Translations under genes and position numbers: made by a program
In this document: positions 25,380 to 38,398 of the stretch, one piece after another
Layout: the number at the start of each line of letters is the position of its first letter
Position numbering within the stretch: position 1 is the first letter of the stretch
The notes under the pieces: generated by a model
Databases searched by the model: none
What the model was told of the DNA's origin: nothing
Seen by the model: only the letters and a program-made list of their open reading frames with translations
Source of the DNA: Octopus sinensis
Lineage: Eukaryota
Direction of reading: 5' to 3'
DNA length: 64,000 nt
NCBI RefSeq assembly: GCF_006345805.1
Contig: NC_042997.1
Span: forward strand, 112,344,001-112,408,000

Positions 25380-27233
25380 CTGTTGCAACAGAAACACAAA
25401 AATATTCTTTAAAATACTCAAAATATTAAGAACATTCATTGCCACCACTATCATCATCATAATCACCACCACCATCGTTCTAGCCTCCACTTTTGCATCA
25501 TGGGTCAGACAAAATTTGTTGAGGCAGATTTTCTATGCCTGGACACCCTTCCTGTCATCAAAGTAATATATTCCTCCATGGTTAAACATGATGTTTTGTT
25601 CATAGAAGACTGGAAAAGAACAGTAATTAAACTATCACCCCAAAGTTCTGAGTATCATCCACTGGAGCCACCCAAACACCTCATTACAACTATTTCTATC
25701 ACTTTCCAGCTCCACTTCTCTTCTAGAATGTAAGTAACTCATTTACAGCAAGAAACGTCTTCATGCTTTGGCTTCTCTCATACTTTAACCCCTCTTCTCC
25801 GAGCATAAAGCACCCCTACACCCCTGAGGTTTGTTGTCATGCAAGCTTCATGGTGACCTCATTAGTTCTGGTATGACAAAAAAAGCATCCAGTATACGCT
25901 GTAGAGTATTTGGCATTAGGAAGGGCATCCAGCCATAGAGGTTATGCCAAAGTAAACACTGGAGCATAATGAAGTCTTTGGATCGATCAGATCCTAGCAA
26001 ACCAACATGGAACATGGGGAGGAGGAGGATGATGCTGTTCATGAACTCAAAGCATTAATTTTGTGGAATGTAGTTGTTGATAAATTTCATGGTGGTGGTG
26101 GTAGGGGGGGGGGGTCTGCTTAGAGCAGAAGTTCTCAACCATTTTTTTGCCCATGGGCCCCTTTGGTTCTTATTATTCGTTCAATGTTTAAAAAGTCCTA
26201 TTAGGAATAGCAACAGGGGGCTGAGACTTCTGGCAGTTTGCTGTGTTTGAGAAAACACACCAAGCCGAGTGAAAGTATGGGTGTCCTTGCATACAGGCAT
26301 GTCCCCTGCATCCCTCTCCAGCCAAGCAGTCCTAATCTTTGCAGGTTCATGGTATACTCACCCAGTCTGCATTCTGTAAAGTGGCTGGTGTTTGGAAGGG
26401 CGCCCAGCCAGAGAAACTATGCCTGAACAGGCTTTGGAGCCTAGTGCAGTTCCTGGCCTTGCCAGAATGGAAAACGGATGTTTAATGATAATGATGAAAA
26501 TTTATTGTCAAAATGTAACAAATTTAGCTCGTTATTAAATGTGAAGAAGAGATCAGAGTAGTAATGTAAACAGTAAAATGAGTCACCACCTCAAAGTGGC
26601 AGGTGAATGTTACTACTGGTTTAACCCCAGGCAGATTCTCCACCAGCTGGTTTTCAGTGCAAGTTCTGCACCCTTCATCATCATCTTCGTTTAGCGTCCG
26701 CTTTCCATGCTAGCATGGGTTGGACGGTTCAACTGGGGTCTGGGAAGCCAGAAGGCTGCACCAGGCCCAGTCTGATCTGGCATTGTTTCTACGGCTGGAT
26801 GCCCTTCCTAACGCCAACCACTCCGGGAGTGTAGTTGGTGCTTTTTACGTGCCAGACAAGGCTGGCAAACAGCCACGATCGGATGGTGCTTTTTACGTGC
26901 CACCGGCACGAGGCCAGTCGGAGCAGCACTGACAATGGCCACGTTCGGATGGTTCTCTTACGTACCACCGGCACTGGTATCACAGCTACAATTTCCATTG
27001 ATGTTGATCGATTTCGATTTTCACTTGCCTCAACAGGTCTTCACAAGTAGAGTTTTGTGTCCCAAGAAGGAAAGGTATACATAAGTGGACAGGCTACATC
27101 CCATGTAGAGGCCACGGGTTATGGTCTCACTTGTCCTGCTGGGTCTTCTCACGCACAGCAAACTTCCAAAGGTCTCGGTCTCTAGTCATTTCCTCAGTGA
27201 GACCTAAAGTTCGAAGGTCATGCTTCACCACCT

Positions 27234-27726
27234 TATATACAATATATCATTAGCAGTGAACCCCTACTATCCCCCAGGATCGTGGGACTGGCCCAGTTTC
27301 AAGCTATTTGGCTGCATACACCTGCACAGTGGAGAGTGCAAGCTAAGATTTGCTTCTACCAGTGATATATTGCAAACAAAGTGACCATTGGTCACTGATT
27401 TGCAACAAGCAAAATAGCCAATCATAAAATCTCAAGAAAAGATCAGAGTAGTAACGTAAACAGGAAAGCGAGGAACCACATCAAAGTTTTACTATTAGTT
27501 TACTTTATCTCTTCTTGAGATTTTATGATTGGCTATTTTGCTTGTTGCAAATCAGTGACCAATGGTCACTTTGTTTGCAATATATCACTGGTAGAAGCAA
27601 ATCTTAGCTAGCACTATCCACTGTGCAGGTGTGTGCAGCCAAATAGCTTCAAACTGGGCCAGTCCCACGATCCTGTCAGATGCTGGGGGAGGGTCGCTCC
27701 CCCTGCTAGTGATATATTGTATATAA
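27234..27726. mobile_element. Fold-back MITE with inverted arms of about 210 bp
   Basis: 27234-27445 is the near-exact reverse complement of 27505-27726. Confidence 0.8.
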
Positions 27727-27728
27727 AG

Positions 27729-28038
27729 CAGGGGTTCCTAACCAGGGTCCGCATGGACACCCCAGGAGTCCACAGAAGCTTTAAGAGTAAAAAATTGCAA
27801 TTTGTGGGTCCACATATAAATTTTGTTTAGTAGGAGAGGTCCCTGTGTTTATCGAAACTTTCAAGATTTGTATTTGGAATTTCTGTTATGAATATAAAGA
27901 AACTGTTTCATTGTTAGTTTTTATTAACCTACAAACAAATATTTTGTTTCAAAACTTTACAAGTGCATATATGGGGTCCACAGGTGATAAAGATAGCTCT
28001 CAGGGGCTCCACAAGTAAAATTAGGTTGGGAAACCCTG
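27729..28038. mobile_element. hAT-type MITE
   Basis: TIR CAGGGGTTCCTAACC / GGTTGGGAAACCCTG; perfect 8-bp TSD ATATAAAG. Confidence 0.85.
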
Positions 28039-29868
28039 ATATAAAGGATGCAGAGTGTTGCACTGATAACCAGCTGGTGGAGAATCTGCCTGGGGTTAAA
28101 CCAGTAGTAACATCCAACTGCCACTTTGATGTGGCAACTCGTTTTACTATTGTAACATTAACAACAAAATCCTCTGTGAACCTCCAAGGGTCACAAGGAC
28201 CCCATTTGAGACCCACTGCTAAGAAGAAGGAACAGTAGCCATGGCATTGCCAGGTGAGACTGATAGTGTTTCTGGTTCCCTTGAACTGTTGTCAACAACT
28301 GCAGTGAATACACAAAGAGGGAGGAGGAGATTCAGGAGAGGGGTGGGGAGTAGAGGTGAGATACAGCAGTTAGTGTAGGGGTAGGGAGAGTTTGACACAA
28401 CACAATGTTGGGCCTCATGGAGGCAAAGTGGCCAAGTTCCTTTCGAGTGTTGGGCCTCATGGAAGCAATGACCAAAACCTTTGGCATTATGTTGTGCTTA
28501 AGAAGAAGCCCCATCAAGCTGAGCAAAATCACGGTTGTGGAAGATACCGGTGTCACACATAGTGGCACATAAACTCACCCTGGTGTCATGCAAATGGCAT
28601 CCATGCCGGTGGCACATAAAAGTACCCAGTACACTCTCGGAGTGGTTGGCATTAGGAAGGGCATCCAGCTGTAGAAAACTGTGGGAAATCAGACCGGAGT
28701 CTGGTGCAGCCTTCCAGCTTGCCAGCCCAGTCAAACTGTCCAACCCATGCCAGCATGGACAACGGACGTTAAATGAAAATGATGATGATGAGTGATGAAT
28801 AGAGAAGAGATGAATGACTCAGGGGTGGTAGGAGAGCAGCCAGCTGTAAAGAATAAAGGCCATTACAGCATCAAGCGGATCATTGATGTATGAAAAGAAG
28901 AGAGTGAGGGGACAAAACTGAACCCAAGGTGACACTGGGGGGAGGGGACAGAAAGAACTTCATCAACACACTCTGTGAGGGTTCGATCTGAAGCTGCCAG
29001 TCCAGGAAATCAGAAAATGAGAAATGGATGAAAGCCAAAGGATGGGAAGTTTTTGATAGGAAACCCATGTGTTAGGTGTCTGGGTCACCTGTTGACATTT
29101 CTGATGATGTTGAGCAACAACATTGTTTTCAGTTTTTCTCAGGTGAGAGATAAATGTGGCTTGATGTAGGAGAGGAAGTCTCTAACAGGTTTAGTAAATG
29201 TGGACGCCATATTCTTGTCTTGTCTTGAGACAGCATTCACCTGGGATGGGTTGAGCTGGCTTCATTCATCCTCAATGCTGCATCTCTCACAAACGCCGAC
29301 CAGGCCTGGCGATTTGAGGCTAACAACCACGTGATCTCCAACCACTCCTTATTCCAGCGGCGAACGCCGTAGATATGGGTGGGCCCTAGGTTGGATTCCA
29401 GATCAGCCTTGACTGTCATCAGCCAGGTTTTTTGTTGTCCACCACATCGCTTTCACCAACCCTGAAAGGGAGCTGGGTCAATTGCTTCGTAGATGAATTC
29501 TCCTGGTTGACGTCATATTAGTGGTATTTGACAAAGAGAAGGGGAATGGGGAGAGAGAGAGGGAGAATGGGGAGAGAGAGAGAAGGATAGATTGAAGAGT
29601 TTGATGAATGTAGGAGCTAGTCCTAGGGTGCAGTGTTTGAGGCTAATCAAAAGGGTTACTTGTTAGCTTCAAATAAGTGGAGGTATTTTCACACTTGCAT
29701 ATGCAAGGTGGGAAACCTGGTAGGATAGAAGGGGGAGATTAGGAGATGTAAAAACTGACCATGTAAAGACAAAAAAAATACTGCTAATGATTCTGCCACC
29801 ACCATCACCACCACATCAGCAGCAGCAGCCGTAGTAAAAGTGTGTTACTAAATAACTCATTGTCTTAC

Positions 29869-30093
29869 CTTGCACAGGTAGTCTGTCTTCTGTTTGGAGT
29901 AGTTAATAAACCTAGCCACCTGGGTGGTGACCAGACCGAGGGAAGTCTGCATGTAGATGCTTTTCTCATAGCTTGCTGGTGTGGCCTTGAGGTTCAGTTC
30001 ATATAAATAATTTCCCAGTTCAGTGCTCAACAGTTCCAGTTTGCCAGTTACTTCACCGATTTTAATCGGTTGGTATTCAATGGTCACCTCACC
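29869..30093 (-). CDS. HYDIN: HYDIN penultimate coding exon
   Basis: tttgcag|GGT GAG...TGC AAG|gtaaga. 225 nt, EYQPIKIGEVTGKLEL...LGNYLYELNLKATP...FINYSKQKTDYLCK. Confidence 0.93.
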
Positions 30094-32820
30094 CTGCAAA
30101 ACAGGGGAGACTCAACTTCAAACACAATCCACAACAGATGTAGCCAATAATTATATTAACCCTTCACTTACCGTATTTCTGTTGGAATGCACTGCCTTTG
30201 TTTCAATTAATTTTAAAAATAATGAATTTTGGAAAATAACTGTCATTATTAATCTGGTGTTTCGAACATAAATGAACGGGACATTTTGAGGGAAGATTTT
30301 AATTTTGATCACCAGAACGTTTTTTGTTGCCATATTTCTGTTGAAATATACAGCAATTACTTTTGAAAATAACAAAGAATTTAATAAAATAACTTTGTTG
30401 TTAAATAGTTGTTGCCAGTGCCGCTGGACTGGCTCCTGTGCAGGTAGCACATAAAAAACACTTTTTGAGCGTGGTTGTTACCAGAACTGCCTGACTGGCC
30501 CTCATGCCAGTGGCACGTAAAAGAACCCACTATACTCTTGGAGTGGTTGGCATTAGGAAGGGCATCCAGCTGTAGAAACTTTGCCAGATCAAATTGGAGC
30601 CTGGCCCAACTGTTCAACACATGCCAACATGGAAAGCAGACATTAAACGACAACGATGATGAGGATAATCTGGTGTTTGGAACATAAATTAAAATGAAAT
30701 TATGAAATTTTGATGGGAAACCTTAATTGAAATGATCATCATCATTGTCATAATTTAATGTCTGCTTTCCATGCTGGCACGGGTTGGATGGTTTGACTGG
30801 AACTGGTAAGCTGGCGAGCTGCAGCAGGTTCCAATTTGATCTGGCAGAGTTTCTACAGCTGGACGCCCTTCCTAATGCCAACCACTTACAGAGTGGACTG
30901 GATGCTTTTTTTCATGGCACCAGAATGGGTGCCTTTTGTAACACAGAACCAGAGGCAGCGAGTTGGTATTAAAAGAGTTAAGAAAAAGGGTTACTCAATT
31001 TACTTGGTGCAGGCACGGCTGTGGTTAAAACATTTGCTTGGCAACCATGTGGCTTCAGGTTCAATCTCACTGCACAGCACTTTGGACAAGTGTTTTCTAT
31101 TGTAAATGTTTGACTGCCCAACTTCTTATGAGAGAAAATGGAAGACAGAAAATAGGTGGAAGTTCATCACGTGTGTGTGTGTGTGTGTTGCTGCTTGATG
31201 ACTGGTGCTGGTTTGTTTACATCCATGACTTAGTGGTTCAGCAAAAACGAGGCTGATGAAATAAGTACCTGGCTTAAAAAAGAATAAGTACTGTGGGCAA
31301 TTTGACTGACAAAACCCTTGATGGCTGTGCTCCAGTATGGCCACAAACAACCCAATGAGTTAAAACAATAACATTACTGAATGGTAATTCTAAAACAAGG
31401 GCACTCAGAGAGTGAAAACCTTTGCACTCTCTTTCAACGATTAGGCAGAGATGATTTTTAAAATGAGAATATCTGAAATAAACTCGAATGCTCTCAAATA
31501 TGAGAATAACAAAAATGAATCTCAAAAATTAAGTAAAAAAAAAGGAAAAATAATCTAGAATCCTTGTCTGGTACTGGATCAATCCCAAAATCTAATCAGT
31601 TTGTGCCAGTCATGAAGCCAAACATTCCTGAAAGTTTCATCCAAATCCATCCAGCGGTTCTTGAGATATCTTGTCCAAGGACAAACAAACACAACTGAAA
31701 ACAATACCTCCACCTTGGTGCTTGCATACAGCATTGATGCTCTTCAACGTTTTAATATCTGTTCATTGATGTTGACAACAGTCATAGGATCCCTGTGGTA
31801 CTGGCCCCTTCATTTGATATCGCTTGATACTTGTGAGTGTTGTTATGCAAATGGTATCCTTTGTTTCTAGTATTGCTTTCCAATTTTGACACAAGGCCAG
31901 CAATTTCATTCGGCTTTGGTGGGATTTGAACTCAGAATGTGAAGGACGAAATGTCAAACATTTTGCCTGGCATGCTACTACTTCTGCCAGCCTGCTGCCT
32001 CACATTTCTAACATTCTGTGAAAAGCGTGTCTGATGAGGGTTGGTGACAGGAAGAGAATCCAGCTGCATAAAATCCATCTCAACAAATTCCCTCTGACCT
32101 ACGTAAGCATGGAAAAACAGACATTGGAATGATAAAGATATTAAAGTGGCAAGATGGCAAAATTGTTAGCACTTTGGACAAAATGCCTAACAACAGCATT
32201 CCTTGCGGCTCTTTACATTCTTGAGATCAACTTTACCTTTCATCCTTTTGGCACTGATGAGGTCAGTACAGATTCAGCACAAGTGTAAGAAGAGAATCTG
32301 CCTGGGGTTAAACTAGTAGTAACATTCAGCTGTCACCTTTGATGTGGCGACTCGCTTTACTGGAACCAATTTATTACACATAAACATCATCATCGTCGTT
32401 TAATGTCCGTTTTCTCTGCTGGCCGGTTTGAGGAGCCAGTCCAGCGGCACTGGCGACGACCTCGCTCAAATATTTCACATGCCACCAGCACAAGTGCTAG
32501 TAAGGCAACGCGGTAACGATCCCACTAGAATGGTATTTTTAACGTGCCATCGGCACGAAGGCCAGCTTGTTGCTCTGGCAACGATCTCACTTGTATGGTA
32601 CTCTTAGTGCTCCACTAGCAACGGATGCCAGTCACTGAGTTTGATTTCAACTTTGATTTCGATTTACCTTGCCTCAACCGGTCTTCAAAAGCAGAGTTTA
32701 GTGTCCTGGTTACACAATATTCCGGCTGATATACTTTCCAGCCTTCATCAGGTGTCTTGGGGAAATTTCAAACCTGGGTTCTCATTCCTAAGGTATTTTT
32801 CAATGTTGTTGTTGTTGTTA

Positions 32821-32856
<36 letters not shown>

Positions 32857-33009
32857 TCGCTGCCTGGAATCTTGGGGTTAGTAGCCTATAGTAACCACTA
32901 TGCCATATGCCCATGTAAATAATGTAAATAATATACATAATTCATCATCTCTGAAATATAGAATTGTACAACTGAATTGATTTAAAATAAAATGCATTTA
33001 TGAACTTAC

Positions 33010-33243
33010 ATCAGATTGTTCTGGAATACAAACTGCACTTGCAGGAATCATCAGTTCTGAAACATTTGTATTGAAATTAAAATGAGCTGGAATGGTTAGC
33101 GGATTCTCAAGTTTGACCGTATGTCGTATGCTGGAGCGAACTGGGGTGACAAGTTCAATATTCCCCAAACTTCCTGATTTAATCGATCGAAGGGTCAGTT
33201 CATAAAATTGGTATTCACCTGTCTCTAAATGAGTAAAGATTAC
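33010..33243 (-). CDS. HYDIN: HYDIN coding exon
   Basis: cattacag|GTA ATC TTT...TCT GAT|gtaagt. 234 nt, VIFTHLETGEYQFYE...IELVTPVR...LENPL. Confidence 0.93.
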
Positions 33244-33368
33244 CTGTAATGAATTAAAAGAATAATAATGAAGATATAATAATGATAATAATAATAATAA
33301 CTTATTGTATACAGTGCTCAGTTGCACTACAACTCATCAGAAGAAACAGCTAAAAATGCATGTGCAAT

Positions 33369-34058
33369 GGATATAGGATAAGGCATGGGAAGTGGACACA
33401 GGATAAGGCATGGGAAGTGGACATAGGATAAGGCACGGGAAATGGACATAGGATAAAGCATGGGAAGTGGACATAGGATAAGGCACGGGAAGTGGACATA
33501 GATTAAGGCATGGGAAGTGGACATAGGACAAGGCATGAGAAGTGGACATAGGACAAGGCTTGGGAAGTGGACATAGATTAAGGCACGGGAAGTGGACATA
33601 GGTTAATGCGTGGAAAGTGGACATAGGACAAGGCATGGGAAGTGGACATAGATTAAGGCATGGGAAGTGGACATAGGATAAGGCACGTGGAGTGGACATA
33701 GGATAAGGCACGGGAAGTGGACATAGGATAAGGCATGGGAAGTGGACATAGGATAAGGCACGGAAAGTGGACATAGGATAAGGCATGGGAAGTGGACATA
33801 GAATAAGGCACGGGAAGTGGACATAGGTTAATGCGTGGAAGTGGACATAGATTAAGGCATGGGATAAGACGTGGGAAGTGAACATAGGATAAGGCACGGG
33901 AAGTGGACATAAGATAAGGCACGGGAAGTGAACACAGGATAAGGCACGGGAAGTGGATACAGGATAAGGCACGAGAAGTGGACACAGGATAAGGCACGGG
34001 AAGTGGACACAGGATAAGGCACGGGAAGTGGACACAGGACAAGGCATGGGAAGTGGAC
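33369..34058. repeat. 25-bp minisatellite, about 27 copies
   Basis: Unit GGATAAGGCAYGGGAAGTGGACATA, embedded in a LINE-tail-like repeat 125 nt from a HYDIN acceptor. Confidence 0.95.
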
Positions 34059-35338
34059 CATAAATAAGTTCTTTAAGAAAAAAGTGGGGGATGATGGACA
34101 TCAGGTGGACTGTTGGTGAATTTCAGGAAGCATGGAAGCTTTGAAGAATGAAGTGTCCCAACAGCCAACAACTGATGTGGGAATTTTTTTCCATGCTTCA
34201 CCTATTCCCAATGTAAATTAAATGTTTCTGAAAGTCGTGGGTGTTGTGGGGTTTTTGTTTTCTGTTTTTGTTTTTTTTTTTTGATTTTATAAGCATGTCC
34301 ATTAGTATTAGATGCCTGGAATTGAAAAAGGTGCCCCAAGGTTGTTGTTGGAAAGATGGTGGTGGATAATCTTGTGGGTGTCTACCAAGTCAGCTGTCAG
34401 ACATGAGAGCTTTACTGTGTCCATGTCCAGGGAAGCAAGCCATTCAGAGTATGGTCAACGCCTGATGCAGCAGGTATCCTTTTCGTTGCATGTTTCTTAA
34501 CAGTTTTCAGGAAGTTGATGCTCTGAGCAAAATAGGGGTTCTGGACTGGTGGTAAATAACTTAATTGAAAATGAAGAAATGGATTCTCTCTTCAAGCAAC
34601 AGGCACACAAATGTCCTGGCTGTGTGTGAGTATGAGCACGTGTGTGCTCTTTGGGATTTGTTTAAGGATTTTTGCTTTCCTTTGCAGAATTCAAACTGGT
34701 CATTAATAAGGGGGCAAAACATTTTTGCCAAGTCAGGACAGTTCTTAGGGATTGTAGCTAAGTGAATTGCTTGATATGTGAATGCGCGTGTGTGTGTATT
34801 GCATATGTAGCTTTGTAATTGTATGTATGTGTTCATTATGAGACCTCAAATGAAGTATACCTGAAATGTTTTACTAATTTCCACAGCATCTTCAATGGAT
34901 TTTGAGAATGTGTGTGTGTGTGTGTTTTTTTTTAATTTAGGGTTAATTCTGGTCGACCCCAAGGTTCTGCAGGAAAGTATCTTTTGTTGTTTAATCTTTA
35001 AATCGCGCGTGCGCGTATTAGTAAGAAATTTCATTCAGTGTAAGAGAAAAAAGGGAAATAAATATTTACAGCGTGTGAAATTAATTCCCTTTACCGAGTT
35101 GCCTCCCTTCGTACAAAAAAACAAATGGCTTCTTTATTATATTTTATGACTAAAATTATTTTTACATGAAAATAACAGGATATATTTGTATTCTTATCTT
35201 AATGTATTGAATTATAAGATATATGTGTATGCTATTGATGTTCTCATTTTGTTAGATGAATAAATAATCGAACATAATATCCGACAGTTGATGAACAAAC
35301 TAAATTTGTTTCTCCATTTTCTTATTTATATATATATA

Positions 35339-35835
35339 CTAGCTTAAGGTGACCCGCTCTATGCGCAAGTGAAGTTGTGGCTGTTACTTTCTGTTTCTTA
35401 TCGCCACATTCTCCCTCTTTGTTTCTCTATCCTTTCTCATTTTCCCACTCTCTTACTCTTCCTTTCTGACTTTCCCTCGCTTTCTCTTACTCTTTATCTT
35501 TCTCTGTCTATCTCTCTGCCATTTATTAAAAAAAATTAAATTTCTGCGTTTAAATTACAAATCTGCTTCCACTTTACCATGTTGAAAATTTGATTGAAAT
35601 CGGGCAAAAGGTGTCCGATCTAGACCACCAAGTGTCCCCCAAAATCAGTAAAATCCCAGTTTTCACACCAAAGCAACCAATGTAGCGCCACAAAATGTCT
35701 CCCAATCAAATTCCCCCCTCAAGTTACCCCCTCCTGTAAATTTGAATCCCCTTCCAGCCCCATTTAGACCCCTTTTTACATAAAAATCCAATTTGTATCA
35801 ATGTTCGCCTTCTTCATTTTATAGATAAGATTAGA
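35339..35835 (-). mobile_element. Non-autonomous Helitron-like element
   Basis: Minus strand begins TCT(AATCT)TATCTATAAAA and ends with a subterminal hairpin (cttgcgcatagagcggg) then CTAG|T. Confidence 0.6.
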
Positions 35836-36728
35836 TGCCAATCGAACCAATCTGGAGGAGGGGGGGGGGCTTAGAGCCCCCTTGAATCTTCTCACCATAG
35901 CAACCGCATCTTTCCAGATGGTGAGTTTTAACCTACTCAACACTGCCTCATTACGCCTTCTATGCCTGTGTCAATTTTCAGCTCGATCTGACCACTGGTG
36001 TGGCCGCCAACCTCTGATGTAGCAAAATGTGCACACACTTTTGACCCAAAGCCTCTTTTATATATATATATATATATATAGATAGCAGAGAAACCTGGAC
36101 TTGCTCGGGATTAAAATAGTTTATCATTGTTTTATTTGTTTCGGTATTATAACTCGATTTCATTCGGGTCTACGTGAGCCACACTTTAAAGATGAGGAAT
36201 TTTGCCCTAGAGGCCACACCTTTCAATTGAGCAAACTCAAAGTTGCCATGCAAACTCGCCAGGATTTTTAATATAGGTGTGCAAATTTTCCTAACGCCAA
36301 CCACTCTGAGAGTGTAGTGGGTGCTTTTATGTGCCACCGGCACGAGGGCCAGTCAGGCGGTACTGGCAATGGCCACGCTCAAATGGTGCTTTTTATGTGC
36401 CACCTGCACAGGAGCCAGTCCAGCAGAACTGGAAATGACCTCTCTCGAATGTTTTTTTTTCACATGCCACCAGCACAAGTGCTAGTAAGGTGACGCAGGT
36501 AACGACCATGCTCGAATGGTGTTTTTAACATGCCATCAGCACGGAGGCCAGCTTGTTGCTCTGGCAACAATCTCACTCATATGGTACTCTTAGCGCTCCA
36601 CTAGCAAGGATGTCAATAATCGAATTTGATTTCTATTTCGATTTATATATATATATATATACACACCCTTAGCATTCTAATTCCCCTCTCTCATAATTAT
36701 CATATATTACTATAGAGCAAGGACTTAC

Positions 36729-36879
36729 TTTTATGCTGCTCATTCCTTCCTTGTAAGCATGAAAATCCAGTTTGTAATTCTTCTGACAACCAGCTGGTAC
36801 ATCAATGTAGTCTAAACCAGTTATTGTCGTGGTGGGATCAACTTTGTCAGCTTTATAGACTTCTCTTTTCACATTAAAG
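36729..36879 (-). CDS. HYDIN: HYDIN coding exon
   Basis: gtttccag|C TTT AAT...ATA AAA|gtaagt. 151 nt, includes ITGLDYIDVPAGCQKNYKLDFHAYKEG. Confidence 0.93.
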
Positions 36880-37089
36880 CTGGAAACATGAGAAGAATTT
36901 AACAGAAATCCTAAGCAACAGAGAAAGTACATTATGAAATGTCAATTTTAATTATAATAATGAATAATAATGAACTGATTGTATACAGTGCTTAGCTACA
37001 CTTCAAGTCATAAGTAAAGGTAGACTAAAGTGCAAGAACAGTTCATAGAATAATGCAGAAATAAGTTTGTGGAAGATGTGAGAAAGGAG

Positions 37090-37770
37090 GTGGAGGGCTG
37101 GCGAGGTCAGTGGAAACACTACGTGATGAGATGAAGACAGTAAGAGGGTTTTGTTACTTGGGAGATAGAGTGGATGTAAGTGGGGGATGTGAAGTAGCTG
37201 TGATGTCAAGAGTGAGACTTGGCTGGGTGAAGTTCAGGGAATGTGGGGCATTATTATATAGGAAAAGGCTCTCATTGAAGACGAAAGGAAAAGTCTATAG
37301 GAGTCGTGTGAGAGCTGCTGTATGGGAATGAGACAAGGTGTTTGAGGGAGAGAGAAAGAGATGGCAATTTTGAGAAGGACTGAGAGAGCGATGGTGAGAG
37401 AAATGTGTGACATGAGACTGTTTGATAAAAGGAGGACTGAGGACTTAATGGGGACGCTGGAGTTGGAGGAATCAGTAGAACAGCTGGCAAGGGCGAATGG
37501 GGTGAGATGATATGGGCATGTGTTGAGGAAGGATAAGGAACATATTCTGAAGAGAGTGCAAGAGTTTGAGGTGAATGGATAGCGAAAGCGAGGTAGACTG
37601 AGGAAAATGTGGAGGGGACAGGTGGAGGAGATTAGGACGGTTGGCTTAAGAAGGGAGGATGCCCAAAACTGGGCAAGATGGTGTGAGGGTGGTTGCTATG
37701 GCATTGAGGTAGATCTAGCTACCCCCATTAATGAGGACAAAACCCAGATTCAAAATGATGGATGATGATG
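37090..37770 (+). mobile_element. RTE LINE fragment (second family)
   Basis: FCYLGDRVDVSGGCEVAVMSRVRLGWVKFRECGALL...KGKVY, VRxYGHVLR and a (GAT)n tail. Confidence 0.85.
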
Positions 37771-38359
37771 ATAATGAAGTGAACTGGAAAAAAAGGTTGA
37801 GGCGGGGAGGGGGCATCAGGTGTACTGTTGGTGAATTCCAAGATGTATGGAAGTTTTGAAGGATGCAGTGTCCCAACAGCTAACAACTGATATGGGTAGT
37901 TTATTCCATGCTTCAGTGATTCAAAATATCAAAAAAATTGCTTCCAAAAGTCATTGGTGTTGTGTTGCTTTTTGATTTTGTGTGTCCATAAGTGTTAGAT
38001 ATAGGACTCAAAAAGAAGCCCAAAGGGGAAGGGATGTATGATATGGCGTGTCTGTGTAAAAGCATGTATGCTTATGCCTATGTGTCCACAGGTGAGTGAA
38101 TTATAGATGCAGGTGCATGTACAAGTAAGGCTAAGTTTAGTTGTATATACATGTTTCACGGTTTGTGTATTTGTGAATGTGAGTTTCATGTATATTGTAA
38201 ATGAGCATGCATGTATAAATCTGTGCATAGACAAGTGAGTTTATATATATATATGTGTGGGAGGGGTTGTATGTAGAGTACTTTTCTATGTATAAGAGTA
38301 ATATCAGATGTAATTATCTCTGAGGACAGGTGCATGTACAGGTGTATAAATATGATTAA

Positions 38360-38384
<25 letters not shown>

Positions 38385-38398
<14 letters not shown>

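Noticed and set aside
25105-25566. 153-aa plus-strand ORF
   Set aside because: Antisense shadow of the HYDIN terminal exon.
33327-34101. Long repetitive ORFs up to 254 aa (MPYPMSTSHALSYVHFPCLILCPLP)
   Set aside because: Artefact of a stop-poor 25-nt minisatellite; the same peptide appears in all three frames.
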